Notes under the pieces: generated by a model
Database searches by the model: none
The model's input: only the letters and a program-made list of their open reading frames with translations
Told to the model about the DNA's origin: nothing
Assembly (NCBI GenBank): GCA_041082245.1
Contig: JBDOIE010000006.1
Coordinates: 4,950-68,949 of the forward strand
Source: Chloroflexia bacterium
GTDB taxonomy: Bacteria > Chloroflexota > Chloroflexia > DTKN01
DNA length: 64,000 nucleotides
Reading direction: 5' to 3'
In this document: positions 47,885-58,299 of the stretch, in pieces
Numbering within the stretch: position 1 is the stretch's first letter
How the letters are laid out: every line of letters starts with the position of its first letter
Program-made: the position numbers and the translations under genes

Positions 47885-49129
47885 CTAGGTGAAAGTGAGA
47901 GGTTTCAGGTGGCTCGTGCCAGCAGGACGACTGAGGCGCGCCACCAGGGCACCCGCAGCGGCCACGGCAGGCAGCAGGGTTAGGGGACCCCCCGGCCCGG
48001 GGTCCAACATGATCCATAGCGGTACGGCACTGCCGAGCAGCAGGAGGCCGTACCACAGCCAGGAGCTACGGGGCTCTTGGAGCACCGGAGAGGCGTAGGC
48101 GATCAGCGCGCCGGCCAGTAGCCAAAGCACCAGGTCGTGTACGTACAGATGGGGGCTGATGAGTGTGGTCAGCACAAGCGTCGCAGCGAACTGTAGAGGA
48201 AAACGGGGGCCGGCCGGCCGCCACGCGCCGCGCCAGGCGCAGGCCAGCGCCCCCAGGGAAACGAGTTCGAGGCCGGCCAGGAGAAGGTCAGCGCCCAGGC
48301 CGGGGCCCAGCAAGCGGAGCGCGAAGGCCCGCCAGTTGTGCATAGCGGTTGGGAAAATCCCGTACTGGCCTCGCCAGCCCAGGCTACTAAGGGAGATCCC
48401 GATGTACTCCTCGTAGCCAGACAAGCCCAACAGAGGTACGGTCGGCAAGAGCAGCAGGCAGACCCCTACGCCGAATCCCGCCAGCGCAGCCCAGCGCCGT
48501 TTGCCGAGCACAACCAACAGGATCGGCATCGCCAGCGGCGGCTTCACGCTGCAAAGGGCCAGTGACAGGCCGGCCCAGAACTCCCGTCCATGGAGAAACA
48601 GGACATAGGCCCCCGTCAGGCCGAGCGGGACCAGCAGCGTTGTCTGTCCTTGCATCAGGTGCACAGAAAGGGGGAAAAAGGATGCCACGGCCAAGACGTA
48701 AGTACCCCAGGAGCGCGTCCCATCCCACAGATAGCGATGCAGGAGGAAAAGGTACACCGCGAGCAGGACGACGCTGAGCGTCGGCCAGACGTAATACCCG
48801 GTTGCCAGAGGCAACAGGCCCAAAGGCAGCAGCAACGGCAGTATTGTCGGGGGATAGAGAAAGGGCAACACACCACTGCTGACTTGGCGTGTTCCCAGGA
48901 GCCTCTCTTGGTACCGGATCTGGTTATCCACGTTGTAGACATGCTCGCCCTGACCGTGGGCGACGATGTGCGCGCCCGTATAAAGGTTGAGGAAGTCCCA
49001 GGCGATCGTTTCAAAGCGCGTCGGGCTCTGAACGATGAACAAGGCCCACTGGATAATGCAGATGCCGAGCAAGAAAAGGTAGAAGCCCCATAGCAGCAGC
49101 CTGCTGGCTTTGATCCAGGAGAGTTTCAC
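47885..49129 (-). CDS. Polytopic membrane protein, DUF2029 / GT87-like putative polyprenyl-phosphate-sugar-dependent glycosyltransferase
   Basis: 414 aa, about 11 predicted TMs, MKLSWIKASRLLLWGFYLFLLGICIIQWALF.... Family assignment from overall topology and motif memory, unverified. Confidence 0.5.
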   Translation of the reverse strand: MKLSWIKASRLLLWGFYLFLLGICIIQWALFIVQSPTRFETIAWDFLNLYTGAHIVAHGQGEHVYNVDNQIRYQERLLGTRQVSSGVLPFLYPPTILPLLLPLGLLPLATGYYVWPTLSVVLLAVYLFLLHRYLWDGTRSWGTYVLAVASFFPLSVHLMQGQTTLLVPLGLTGAYVLFLHGREFWAGLSLALCSVKPPLAMPILLVVLGKRRWAALAGFGVGVCLLLLPTVPLLGLSGYEEYIGISLSSLGWRGQYGIFPTAMHNWRAFALRLLGPGLGADLLLAGLELVSLGALACAWRGAWRPAGPRFPLQFAATLVLTTLISPHLYVHDLVLWLLAGALIAYASPVLQEPRSSWLWYGLLLLGSAVPLWIMLDPGPGGPLTLLPAVAAAGALVARLSRPAGTSHLKPLTFT

Positions 49130-49502
49130 AGTGTAACTCCTTGCTCTCGACTGTCCTCCAGGACTTAGCCACCAGCGCGGACCCTGGCTCCGCTGGCTTC
49201 ACGTTCGCCGTTTGAACCCACCGGCGCCTTTGCGAGTACTTGCACCAGCACTCCCAAGCGAATTCCTAACGCTCCCGCGTCAGATGGCGGTAAATCGCAA
49301 CCCCTTCGGAATCGCAGACCCGGCGACAATGGTCAGAGGGAGCCAGCTGCAAGAAGGGATTACCACGAGGCAGGGTTCTCCGGTTCGAACCTCGACAAAA
49401 GGAACACCCTTTCCGAAACCTTTCATTACCCGCTGGATGACAGAAGCGAGTATACGTGCCGTGGGCTATAAAGTCAAGAGGGGGATTGCTAAACTACCTC
49501 TT

Positions 49503-49531
49503 TTGAGGGACCGCAAGGCAGGTGGTATAAT
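49503..49531 (+). promoter_or_regulatory. Promoter (TTGAGG, 17 bp, extended -10 TGgTATAAT) for the GT2-GT4-CapK-DUF362-flippase operon, in a 430-bp divergent intergenic region
   Basis: ttgagg at 49503-49508 and tataat at 49526-49531. Confidence 0.45.
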
Positions 49532-49559
49532 AAAAGCAGGTTCGGAAAGAGAGGTAACG

Positions 49560-50666
49560 ATGGATTGCCCCAAGCACGATGGGAGTGCTGCGAATCAGCT
49601 CGCACGAGTGTTCGGAGAGCATCTCCGAGGCATCCCGATCGACGATCCCGCGGCCGCCCTCCGCTTCTGCCGTTCCTTAGCGTGTCTCTTGTGTGGGGAC
49701 GGGACAGACAGCGAGCGGCCCGAGCTTTCCATCGTGATCCCCGTGTACAACGAAGAAGAGAACCTTATACCACTATACGATCGACTGAGCGCGGTGCTCG
49801 AAAAGATGGGGTGCTCCTACGAGATCGTCTTTGTAGACGATGGCAGCCGGGATCGAAGCGTACTCCAGATGCGCGAATTTGCCCGGCAAGACCATCGGGT
49901 GCAGGTTGTAGAACTGGCGCGCAACTTCGGGCACCAGATCGCGATCAGCGCCGGCCTGGATTTCGCCCGCGGCAGAGGCATCGTGGTGATGGACGCGGAT
50001 CTCCAGGATCCTCCAGAAATGATCCCGGAATTCTTTGCGCGCTGGAAAGAAGGCCATGACGTGGTTTATGCCGTTCGCACGCGTCGGAAGGAAGGGGCAA
50101 TCAAGCGTCTCGCCTATGCATCCTTCTACCGACTGTTGCGCTCTATAGCGAACATCGATATCCCGCTTGACTCCGGAGATTTCTGCCTGATGGATCGACG
50201 GGTCGTGGAACTGCTGACTGCGATGCCCGAACGCAACCGGTTCGTGCGGGGTATCCGTGCCTGGGTCGGACTGAACCAGATCGGCTTACCCTACGAGCGG
50301 GATGCCCGTCACGCCGGGCGCAGCCATTACAGCTGGGCGCGGCTCATGTCGCTCGCCCTTGACGGGCTGATCTCTTTCAGCTTCGCGCCTCTACGGTTGA
50401 TCAGCATACTTGGGATATGTATCTCGTGCGTGTCGCTCACCCTGGCCGCTTTCTACTTCGTAAAGAAACTCGTCGTTGGATTGAACCCCCCAGGCTTTGC
50501 CACCCTGGTGGTCGCCCTGCTGTTCTTGTCCGGTGTGCAACTCATCACGATTGGGGTCATCGGCGAGTACGTCGGCCGTATTTTCGAGGAAGTAAAGCGG
50601 CGTCCTCTATACGTGGTACGACGTGTGACATACGGGAATCGGCATGCGTATCCTGATGCTGAATAA
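49560..50666 (+). CDS. GT2 polyprenyl-phosphate sugar synthase (DPM1/ArnC/GtrB-like) with C-terminal TM helices
   Basis: MDCPKHD...LSIVIPVYNEEENL...VFVDDGSRDRS...VMDADLQDPPE, then two C-terminal TM helices. RBS agagagg. Confidence 0.8.
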   Translation: MDCPKHDGSAANQLARVFGEHLRGIPIDDPAAALRFCRSLACLLCGDGTDSERPELSIVIPVYNEEENLIPLYDRLSAVLEKMGCSYEIVFVDDGSRDRSVLQMREFARQDHRVQVVELARNFGHQIAISAGLDFARGRGIVVMDADLQDPPEMIPEFFARWKEGHDVVYAVRTRRKEGAIKRLAYASFYRLLRSIANIDIPLDSGDFCLMDRRVVELLTAMPERNRFVRGIRAWVGLNQIGLPYERDARHAGRSHYSWARLMSLALDGLISFSFAPLRLISILGICISCVSLTLAAFYFVKKLVVGLNPPGFATLVVALLFLSGVQLITIGVIGEYVGRIFEEVKRRPLYVVRRVTYGNRHAYPDAE

Positions 50667-51783
50667 TGAGTTCCCGCCCCTCGGGGGCGGAACAGGTACC
50701 GTGAACCGTGCCATCCTCTTGCGCTTGAGCGGGGTGGAAAGCCTTGAAATCGACCTGGTGACATCCGCGACGGACAAGAAGGCGTCCGAAGAACGGATTG
50801 CGCCGAACATCCGGATCCTCAAAGTACCGGTGAATCCTCGCCTTCTTCACCACGCCACCAATCGCGAACTGATCACCTATGCAGTCTATGGCTTTCCGCT
50901 GGCGTTGCGCTTGCACCGTGAGAAGGCGTATGACGCCTGCCTTGCCTGGAGTGCGGTCCCAGCAGGCGCGATGGCCTTGCTCTTGCTACGCTCTCAGGGC
51001 CTGCATTACGCGGTCCGGGTTTGTGGACCGGACATCCCGGGTTTCGAGCGGCGTTACGCGCCCCTCTATCCCTTGCTGAAGCCGCTGATCGGAGCCGTTT
51101 TCCGTCACGCGGAGGTCGTGATAGCCAAGTGCGCGCTAGAAGCCGCCATGATCCGAGCGGTGGAACCGGCTGCATCCATCACGTTAATCCCCAACGGCGT
51201 CGATCTCGAAACCTTTCAGCAGGCCGACATTTCGTCGGAACCCCCTTTCCGGGTGCTGTGTGTGGGTCGGCTGATCGAACGCAAAGGCCAGCATCACCTG
51301 ATTCGGGCCGTCTATGAAGCCGTTCGTCGCGGCATCGACGTGACCCTGGAGCTCGTGGGCACAGGCGATGCTCTGGGAAGATACAAGGCTCTGGTCCACA
51401 AATTGGGACTCGAGGAACGGGTGCGATTCTCGGGATACGTTCCTCGGGAGGAGATCGCCGCTCGCTATGCTGCGGCCCATGTCTTCGTGTTGCCCTCGTA
51501 CAATGAGGGAATGAGCGTGGCCACCCTGGAAGCTATGGCTGCGGGTCTGCCGGTCGTTGTCACACGAACGGGCGGCGTGGAAGAGTTGGTGGAAGAAGGG
51601 ATAAACGGGCTTACGTTCACATGGGGCGATGTGGCGACGTTGGCCGACCACCTGATCCGTCTGGCTACAGACCGGGATCTCGCGCGGCGCATGGGAAAAG
51701 CTTCCCGTGCGCGTGCTGCGCTCTTTTCATGGGACCGTGCTGCGGGCCGTTTCAAACAAGTCCTTGAGGATGTTGCGCGATGA
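50644..51783 (+). CDS. Glycosyltransferase family 4 (GT-B, retaining)
   Basis: MRILMLNNEFPPLGGGTGTV...LPSYNEGMSVATLEAMAAGLPVVVTRTGGVEELVEEGINGL has the E-X7-E motif. Confidence 0.8.
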   Translation: MRILMLNNEFPPLGGGTGTVNRAILLRLSGVESLEIDLVTSATDKKASEERIAPNIRILKVPVNPRLLHHATNRELITYAVYGFPLALRLHREKAYDACLAWSAVPAGAMALLLLRSQGLHYAVRVCGPDIPGFERRYAPLYPLLKPLIGAVFRHAEVVIAKCALEAAMIRAVEPAASITLIPNGVDLETFQQADISSEPPFRVLCVGRLIERKGQHHLIRAVYEAVRRGIDVTLELVGTGDALGRYKALVHKLGLEERVRFSGYVPREEIAARYAAAHVFVLPSYNEGMSVATLEAMAAGLPVVVTRTGGVEELVEEGINGLTFTWGDVATLADHLIRLATDRDLARRMGKASRARAALFSWDRAAGRFKQVLEDVAR

Positions 51784-53159
51784 GCGTCATCCAGCGGTTG
51801 CATAGCGCCGGCATCCGATGCGGCTTCACACTTCTGAACTCCTGGCGCCCGTATGGCCGGTGCCTCGCGTTCCTGGAACGTACGCAGTGGTGGCCCTGGC
51901 AGGAGATCCAGGAGCTGCAATGGCGCAAACTTCGGGCCTTGATACAGCACGCTTGGGAGCGGGTACCGTTTTACCGCGAGCGGTTCGCTTCGCTGGGGAT
52001 TCGGCCGGAGGATATCGGTTCTGTCAAAGACCTCGCGCTACTGCCCATACTTACGAAGGAGGAGATCCAGGAGCATCGGGAAGCGCTGATCGCTACAGCT
52101 GTGCGCAAGGAACGGCTCATTGAGAACCATACAGGGGGCTCTACGGGCCATCCCCTCACGTTCTACCAGGACAAGAATTTCGAGGCCTGGCGCAGGGCGG
52201 ACGTTCTTCGAAACTATCGCTGGGCTGGATATCGGCTCGGAGCCCGCTGGGCATTTCTGTGGGGGTCCGACTACGATGCCCGGCAGCATCGCGGTCTCTG
52301 GAGTCGGTGGGTGGATCGCATCGTCTACAACCTGCGGTGGATCAACACCTTCGACTTGAGTGCAGAGACCCTGGTGCTGGCCGCCAAGCAGCTGGCGCGG
52401 TGGAAGCCCGAGATTATCGTAGCGTATGTATCCTCGGCTGTACTGCTCGCGCGACTAGTCCGGGAACAGGGCCTGGAAGGTATTCGGCCCCGCTCGATCC
52501 AGACTTCCGCCGAGGTGCTCACTCCCGAGGAGCGACATCTCCTTGAGGAGACTTTTCACTGCCGGGTTTTCGATCGCTACGGCTGCCGCGAGGTAGGGAA
52601 CATCGCCCACGAGTGCCCGAGCCATCAGGGGCTGCATGTGCTTGCGGAAAACAACCTGGTAGAGCTCGTGGATGACATGGGACGTGCGGTGCCCCCGGGG
52701 CAAGTGGGACGGGTGATCGTCACCAACCTGAACAATTACGCGATGCCGTTCATCCGTTACGAGGTCGGTGATCTGGCCATCGCTGCACAGGCCCCGTGCT
52801 CGTGTGGGCGGGGTCTGCCCTTATGGAAGCAGATCGTCGGAAGGAAGAGCGATGTCATTATCTCTCCCTGCGGAAAACTGCTGCACGGGGAGTTCTTCAC
52901 GCACCTGTTCTACCGCCTCGACGGAGTGCGTCAATTTCGTGTGATCCAGGAGACCCGCACGGACCTGCGTATCCAGATCGTTCCGGGACAGGGTTTCGAT
53001 GCCCAGATGGCGGTCGATTTCCTCAAGAACGCGATCCTGAGGCATGGAGATCCAGCTTTCCAGGTCTATGTGGAACTATGCGAGCACCTACCGCCATGTG
53101 CCTCGGGAAAGTACCGTTTTACCGTTTCGAACGTCCCTTTGGAGCTTGCAAGCAGATGA
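51780..53159 (+). CDS. Phenylacetate-CoA ligase family adenylate-forming enzyme (CapK / F390-synthetase-like)
   Basis: ...ENHTGGSTGHPLTFYQD... is the PaaK-type P-loop-like motif. ATGA overlap with the upstream stop. Confidence 0.7.
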   Translation: MSVIQRLHSAGIRCGFTLLNSWRPYGRCLAFLERTQWWPWQEIQELQWRKLRALIQHAWERVPFYRERFASLGIRPEDIGSVKDLALLPILTKEEIQEHREALIATAVRKERLIENHTGGSTGHPLTFYQDKNFEAWRRADVLRNYRWAGYRLGARWAFLWGSDYDARQHRGLWSRWVDRIVYNLRWINTFDLSAETLVLAAKQLARWKPEIIVAYVSSAVLLARLVREQGLEGIRPRSIQTSAEVLTPEERHLLEETFHCRVFDRYGCREVGNIAHECPSHQGLHVLAENNLVELVDDMGRAVPPGQVGRVIVTNLNNYAMPFIRYEVGDLAIAAQAPCSCGRGLPLWKQIVGRKSDVIISPCGKLLHGEFFTHLFYRLDGVRQFRVIQETRTDLRIQIVPGQGFDAQMAVDFLKNAILRHGDPAFQVYVELCEHLPPCASGKYRFTVSNVPLELASR

Positions 53160-54691
53160 GCCACATTCGAACGCTGTTCGACCCCCGGGTAGCCATCTAT
53201 GACGGCCAACGAACGGCCTATCCTCAGCGCCCACCGTTCCACCCGCCACGGCGCTACCCGGAGTATCCCTTCGACCAACAAGAATGGGACCCTGAGAACT
53301 GGGTCTACGAAGCAGTTCGGCAGCTCTTTTTCCTGCTGGGGCTGGACCGTGAACACTATGGGACACCCTCGTGGAACCCCTTGGGCGAAATCGTCCATCC
53401 GGGAGATCGTGTGATACTTAAACCCAACTTGGTGATCAGCGAGCACCTACAGGGCCAGTCTGGCCTCGAGTCCGCCGTCGTACACGGAGCTGTTGTACGC
53501 CCCGTCATCGACTACGTATGGCTGGCGCTCCAAGGAAGGGGCAAGATTACGTTGCTCGATTCGCCGATCAAGGAAACAGACTTTCACGCGGTGCTGATGC
53601 GCACAGGAATCGGGCCCACCATCGATTGGCTCACGCGACGGTACGGCCTCGATATTCAGGTACTGGACCTTCGGCGGCTTCGCGTCGAGCGCGATGCAGC
53701 CGGGCTGATGGTGCGGCAGTCGCGACTGCCAGGTGATCCGGCGGGATACCGGGTCATCGATCTTGGCCAACGAAGTATGTTTGCGGAAGTTGACCACCTC
53801 GCTGACAGGTTTCGCAGCACCGCTGCAGTTTATGAGAATGCTGTTCCAGAGGCCCACGGCCAAGGCCGACACTTGTACAGCCTTCCTGTATGTGTGCTCG
53901 AGGCGGACGCAGTGATTAGCCTTGCAAAGATGAAGACACACCGAAAGGCAGGTGTCACCTTGAGCCTGAAGAACGTGGTCGGCCTGACGAACGAGAAGCG
54001 CTGGCTGCCCCACCACCGGTTGGGAAGCCCTCGCGACGGAGGCGACGAATACCCGGACGGCACTCGGCTGGACGTCCGGCTTAAAGGGTGGGCAAGAGAA
54101 CTGCTGAAGAGCCGACCCTGGGGGCGGTCCGCCGCGAGGATGATAGGCCTCCCGGTACTTCGGTGCTATGAACGACTCGTGCGCCCGGTGCTGGACCGCT
54201 TGGTGGAACAAGGTCCGCATGGCCGGATCGAGGAAGGCGATTGGTTCGGAAATGACACGGTGTGGCGAATGGCGCTCGATCTCAACACGGTCCTCTTCTA
54301 TGCGGATCGCGAAGGCGTCCTGCGGGAAGAGCCCCAGCGACGATACCTGGGGCTTGTGGACGGAATCGTCGGGGGTATGGAAGAAGGTCCTCTCATGCCG
54401 ACCCCCCGCCCAAGCGGTGTCCTCGCCGCAGGATTGAACCCGGTCGCCTTGGATATGGTGTGCGCTCGCCTGATGGGCTTCGATTGGACCAAGATCCCGC
54501 TCATCCGAAAGGCAGCGGAAAGAGAATGGCTCCCTCTGGGGAGATTCACGCTTGCTGACCTTACCGTGCAGAGCAATTCCGAGCGCTGGAGGGCTCTTCT
54601 GTGCTCACAAGACCCGGGGCTGGCTTTCGTTGCACCGGCTGGTTGGCGAGGACATATCGAGGTAGACACGGCTGATGGAGCTCCCAGGTAG
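53155..54691 (+). CDS. DUF362 domain-containing protein
   Basis: MSHIRTLFDPRVAIYDGQ...GDRVILKPNLVISEH... matches the DUF362 N-terminal motif. ATGA overlap with the CapK-like stop. Confidence 0.55.
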
Positions 54692-55670
54692 ACGCGATCA
54701 GGAGCCGGCGGAATCTCCGGGACACATACGGGCAGCGTCGGCGAGGCACAGCCGGCTACGTTGGTTGCAGTTGGGAATTGCGCTTGGCCTTGTCGCATGG
54801 CTGGTTCTCAAAACGCCCTGGGCACAGCTTTGGGCTCTGGCCCCTAAGTTGCGGTGGACGCTCGTGGCCGCAAGCACGCTGCTCCAGATGCCCATCCATC
54901 TGCTCAACATCCGGCGATGGCAGCTCCTCGTGGACCAACGCAGGGCCGGATACAAGCGACTCGCGTTGATGTATGGAGCCGGCCTGTTCGCAAACAACTT
55001 TTTGCTGACGGGAATAGGAGGAGATGCGGTACGGGCGACACTCCTCAGCCGTCGCCTGCCGATCGCCGAATCGGTGGCCAGCGTACTGCTGGACAGGGCT
55101 CTCGGTCTCGTGGCGCTGATACTGTTGGTCATCCCTGGCACGTACTACGGCCTCCCCGGGGAAATCGGATGGGATTGGTTAAGGAATCGGCGAACGCTGG
55201 GCCTGGTACTCGTCGGTTCTTTCCTGCTTGGCGCTGCAATTTGGCTCGCGGCAAGAACAAGGCGCGGAGACTGGATCCGAGATCAGGGAGCCAAGCTGCT
55301 TCGATGGGCCCGCGCTCTATGGCCCAAGCAGCTTGTTCCCGGTTTTTGCTTCTCTCTGGTGTCAAACTCCCTCCTTGCAGGAAGCATCTGGCTTTCCTTG
55401 AGCGCGTTCCGCATTCCTGGCAAGCCAGGGATGGCCATCTGGCTCACCGTGCTCGGTTCGCTTGGTCTTCTCGTGCCCATCACGGTGAACGGCATAGGAC
55501 TGCAAGAGGGAATCTATGTTGTACTCCTGGGGGCGTATGGGGTCTCCATGGCCACCGCTGTTGGAGTAGCCCTGCTGGTGCGGCTCCAATCCCTAGCGAT
55601 AGGCCTGCTCGGTGGAGCAGCCTTTCTAAGCCTCCAAAACACTTCTTTCCCTGAAGACGACACCGCATAG
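54675..55670 (+). CDS. Flippase-like membrane protein (lysylphosphatidylglycerol-synthase TM region / UPF0104 family)
   Basis: About 8 TMs, ...LLTGIGGDAVRATLLSRRLPIAESVASVLLDRALGL.... This family is commonly paired with GT2 polyprenyl-P sugar synthases. Confidence 0.6.
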   Translation: MELPGRRDQEPAESPGHIRAASARHSRLRWLQLGIALGLVAWLVLKTPWAQLWALAPKLRWTLVAASTLLQMPIHLLNIRRWQLLVDQRRAGYKRLALMYGAGLFANNFLLTGIGGDAVRATLLSRRLPIAESVASVLLDRALGLVALILLVIPGTYYGLPGEIGWDWLRNRRTLGLVLVGSFLLGAAIWLAARTRRGDWIRDQGAKLLRWARALWPKQLVPGFCFSLVSNSLLAGSIWLSLSAFRIPGKPGMAIWLTVLGSLGLLVPITVNGIGLQEGIYVVLLGAYGVSMATAVGVALLVRLQSLAIGLLGGAAFLSLQNTSFPEDDTA

Positions 55671-55738
55671 GGAGCCGCGAGAGCTCGCGGTCCGGTTAAG
55701 CGCGCTGGCCTCACAGGGTACAAGCGAGACCGCTTGAG

Positions 55739-57841
55739 TTGGACGATAAATCGTCAAGGAGGGACCGTATGGACGGTAGTCACTTGACCTCCCCGAAGAC
55801 GGGCCTCGCAAAATGGTACTATCTCGCCTGGGGAGGGATAGCAGTTCTGGTCGCCTTGTGCGCGGTGGTCAAACTCGATAGCGTCCCTCCGCTATGGTGG
55901 GACGAGGGATGGACGCTCACAGTGGCGCGGAACTGGGTAGAAAACGGCCACTATGGGATGATGAAGGCAGGTAAGCCGGCTCCGCCGGACCTGGCCGCCG
56001 CCTGGCCCACAACCGGTCTCGTAGCGCTTTCTTTTCGCCTGCTTGGTGTCGGGGTCCGGCAAGGCAGGATCGTCGGCCAACTATGCATGGCGTTGGCGGT
56101 GGTGCTGGTCTACTACCTGACCAGACTTCTTTATGGGAAGCGCGCTGCGTGGGCGGCAGTATTTGCCCTCTTTTTTCTCGCGGGCGACCGGGACGTCCAT
56201 TTCCTGATCAGAGGACGGCAGGTACTGGCGGAGCCGGTCATGCTGCTTGCTCTGCTAGCGGGCTATATCGCCTTCGCCCGCGCATTTCGACGCCCGGCGA
56301 TCTGGCTCCCGCTTTGTAGCCTCTTCTGGGGATTCGCGCTCCTGAGCAAACAGCAACCGTTACCCTTCTGGTTGCTTTCACTGGGCTTGGCTACGCTCGT
56401 GTCGTTTGGTCGGCGGGAACGACGAGCCACAAGGCTCCTGGTGGCTTCGCTATTGGCATCGCTCATTTGGCACGGCATCTTGCGCGTCTTACCAGGGCTG
56501 ATGTGGCATGCGATGCCGGCTGAACGCGCCGTTGGACTCTGGAAGGTAACAGCATTTGTACCTATTACGGTCACCCGGATTCTTTCGCTACCTGTCTTCC
56601 TGGCTATTGGGCTTCCTACCATGGCGGGGCTTGTCCATGCTGGCCGACGATGGCACAGTGTGGACGCGGTGCAGTCGTCGGAGATAGGCTTGCCCAAGAT
56701 TGCGCTGCTTACTTTCGTCGGAAGTTGGACGGCTTGGTACCTTCTGGCTTCCGCGGGCTGGCTGCGGTATTTCTTCCCTGCAATCTTTCTCGGCAGTCCA
56801 TTCGTCGGTGCTTGGTTCGATGAGATAACCAGAGGTTGGAGCTGGAAAGGGCTGGCTCATACGCTCGCGGCACGGCGATTTGTGCCCACAATGTGGATTC
56901 CCGTCCTTGTGGTCAGTATTTATCTTCCGCTAACAGTATCCGATATATGGGAATCTTTCAGCGGATCGGACCGGAGCGTTTACGACGCTGCCGAGTTCCT
57001 GAACAGCCGGACGGGCCCCGACACGCTGGTGGAGACTTACGACAGTGAACTGTTCTTTCTGCTCAAGTATCCCTACCATTACCCACCCAACGCGGTAAGC
57101 GTGCAGCTCGCAGAGCGTATGTCCCGGAACAGCGATTGCCCCATCGACTACGATCCACTCGCTTCGGACCCGGATTACCTCGTCGTGGGCCCTTTCAGCC
57201 GTGCAACAAGACTGTATGATGAGGTGTTGCGAAGCGGAGCCTTTCGGCCGGTTGCCTGTTTTGGCCGCAGGTATGAGGTGTACGAGCGAGTGCGCCAGCC
57301 AGAGCCGCTGGGGTCAGGATCCGGTTCATACCCCGAGTACAGTCCTGCTTTTCGGCATGCCCCGCAGCGGGACGGTCTTTTCTACTCCAGGCTGAGATTG
57401 CGCTGGCCGCACCCAGAATCGACCCCGGGTTGTGAGAAGGGGTGGCCCATGGTACAATGCCCAAGTACGAAAGGTTCTGGTTGGGGCAATCGTGGACCCT
57501 TTTCCGATCGACCTGGTGCGCTTCGGGCTGGATATTCTGAGTGGGGCAAGAGTCCGGCGCGAACGAGCGCTGATCCAGCAGATGCAACAGGACACCGCGC
57601 CCCTGCTCCACTGGGACGGGACGCTCAGCATTCTCGACCTGGGCAACGGTTGGCTCCGGCCGCACTTGAGCCTCCTTCGGGGAACAGGGCACCGGGTGTT
57701 CGGCATCGATCTCGAGAACCGACGCCAGCCGTTCGGGTACGAGCAAGGGTACCGGCTGGCGCGGTCCCTGTTTGTTTGGCGGGCCTGTTTGCCTCTCCGG
57801 GTGCTCAGGGGCATGGCGCTGGTGTGTGGGGATGCGGGTAA
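55739..57841 (+). CDS. GT39/PMT-ArnT-like GT-C membrane glycosyltransferase (paralog 4); 3' ~500 nt of this ORF looks like non-coding read-through overlapping the next gene
   Basis: WWDEGWTLTVA (DE motif), many TMs through about residue 520. The tail from about 57300 is Pro/Gly/Arg-rich low-complexity and overlaps the methyltransferase by ~410 bp. Confidence 0.55.
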   Translation: MDDKSSRRDRMDGSHLTSPKTGLAKWYYLAWGGIAVLVALCAVVKLDSVPPLWWDEGWTLTVARNWVENGHYGMMKAGKPAPPDLAAAWPTTGLVALSFRLLGVGVRQGRIVGQLCMALAVVLVYYLTRLLYGKRAAWAAVFALFFLAGDRDVHFLIRGRQVLAEPVMLLALLAGYIAFARAFRRPAIWLPLCSLFWGFALLSKQQPLPFWLLSLGLATLVSFGRRERRATRLLVASLLASLIWHGILRVLPGLMWHAMPAERAVGLWKVTAFVPITVTRILSLPVFLAIGLPTMAGLVHAGRRWHSVDAVQSSEIGLPKIALLTFVGSWTAWYLLASAGWLRYFFPAIFLGSPFVGAWFDEITRGWSWKGLAHTLAARRFVPTMWIPVLVVSIYLPLTVSDIWESFSGSDRSVYDAAEFLNSRTGPDTLVETYDSELFFLLKYPYHYPPNAVSVQLAERMSRNSDCPIDYDPLASDPDYLVVGPFSRATRLYDEVLRSGAFRPVACFGRRYEVYERVRQPEPLGSGSGSYPEYSPAFRHAPQRDGLFYSRLRLRWPHPESTPGCEKGWPMVQCPSTKGSGWGNRGPFSDRPGALRAGYSEWGKSPARTSADPADATGHRAPAPLGRDAQHSRPGQRLAPAALEPPSGNRAPGVRHRSREPTPAVRVRARVPAGAVPVCLAGLFASPGAQGHGAGVWGCG

Positions 57842-58292
57842 ACTGCCCTTCGCGAGTGGGTCCTTCGACCTGGTACTGTCCATCCTGGCCTTCGAGCATT
57901 TCCTGGATGTGCCGGCCGTCATCGCCGAAGTAGCACGGGTCCTGCGCACAGGAGGCGTGTTGTGGGCTTGCATCCACCCGTTCACTTGCCCCAGTGGGGC
58001 ACACAACCTGGCCCGGATCGGCGTACCGCTGCGGCGCATTCCTTCGGGGGTCGACCCGTGGGACCACCTGCGCAAGAGACGGCTCCCGTTCCCGGTTCCA
58101 CTGAACGGATGGCGCATCCCACAGTACCTCGACGCCTTCGCGCAGCGCTTCGAGATCGTGCGACACTACTGCTTTGCACACGAGGGCGAAGCGTGGCTTA
58201 CCCCGGAGATCCAGGCAGAACTGCGCGACTACAGTTCCGAAGAGCTTACCTGCATGCGGTACGTGATCGTGGGCAAGACCGCGGAGGCGTAG
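57432..58292 (+). CDS. Class I SAM-dependent methyltransferase (Methyltransf_11-like)
   Basis: ...ILDLGNGWLRPHLSLL (motif I-like) ...GSFDLVLSILAFEHFLD.... The true start may be downstream, e.g. the ATG near 57582. Confidence 0.6.
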   Translation: MRRGGPWYNAQVRKVLVGAIVDPFPIDLVRFGLDILSGARVRRERALIQQMQQDTAPLLHWDGTLSILDLGNGWLRPHLSLLRGTGHRVFGIDLENRRQPFGYEQGYRLARSLFVWRACLPLRVLRGMALVCGDAGKLPFASGSFDLVLSILAFEHFLDVPAVIAEVARVLRTGGVLWACIHPFTCPSGAHNLARIGVPLRRIPSGVDPWDHLRKRRLPFPVPLNGWRIPQYLDAFAQRFEIVRHYCFAHEGEAWLTPEIQAELRDYSSEELTCMRYVIVGKTAEA

Positions 58293-58299
58293 ACCGCTG

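Noticed and set aside
46530-48056. 508-aa minus-strand ORF and 46829..47659 plus-strand ORF
   Set aside because: Alternative frames or antisense of the GT39-3 and DUF2029 genes. Pro/Arg-rich with no motifs.
49380-49400. ggttcgaacc T-loop-like motif in the DUF2029/GT2 divergent intergenic region
   Set aside because: The T-stem arms are not complementary and no acceptor or anticodon arms are present. Not a tRNA.
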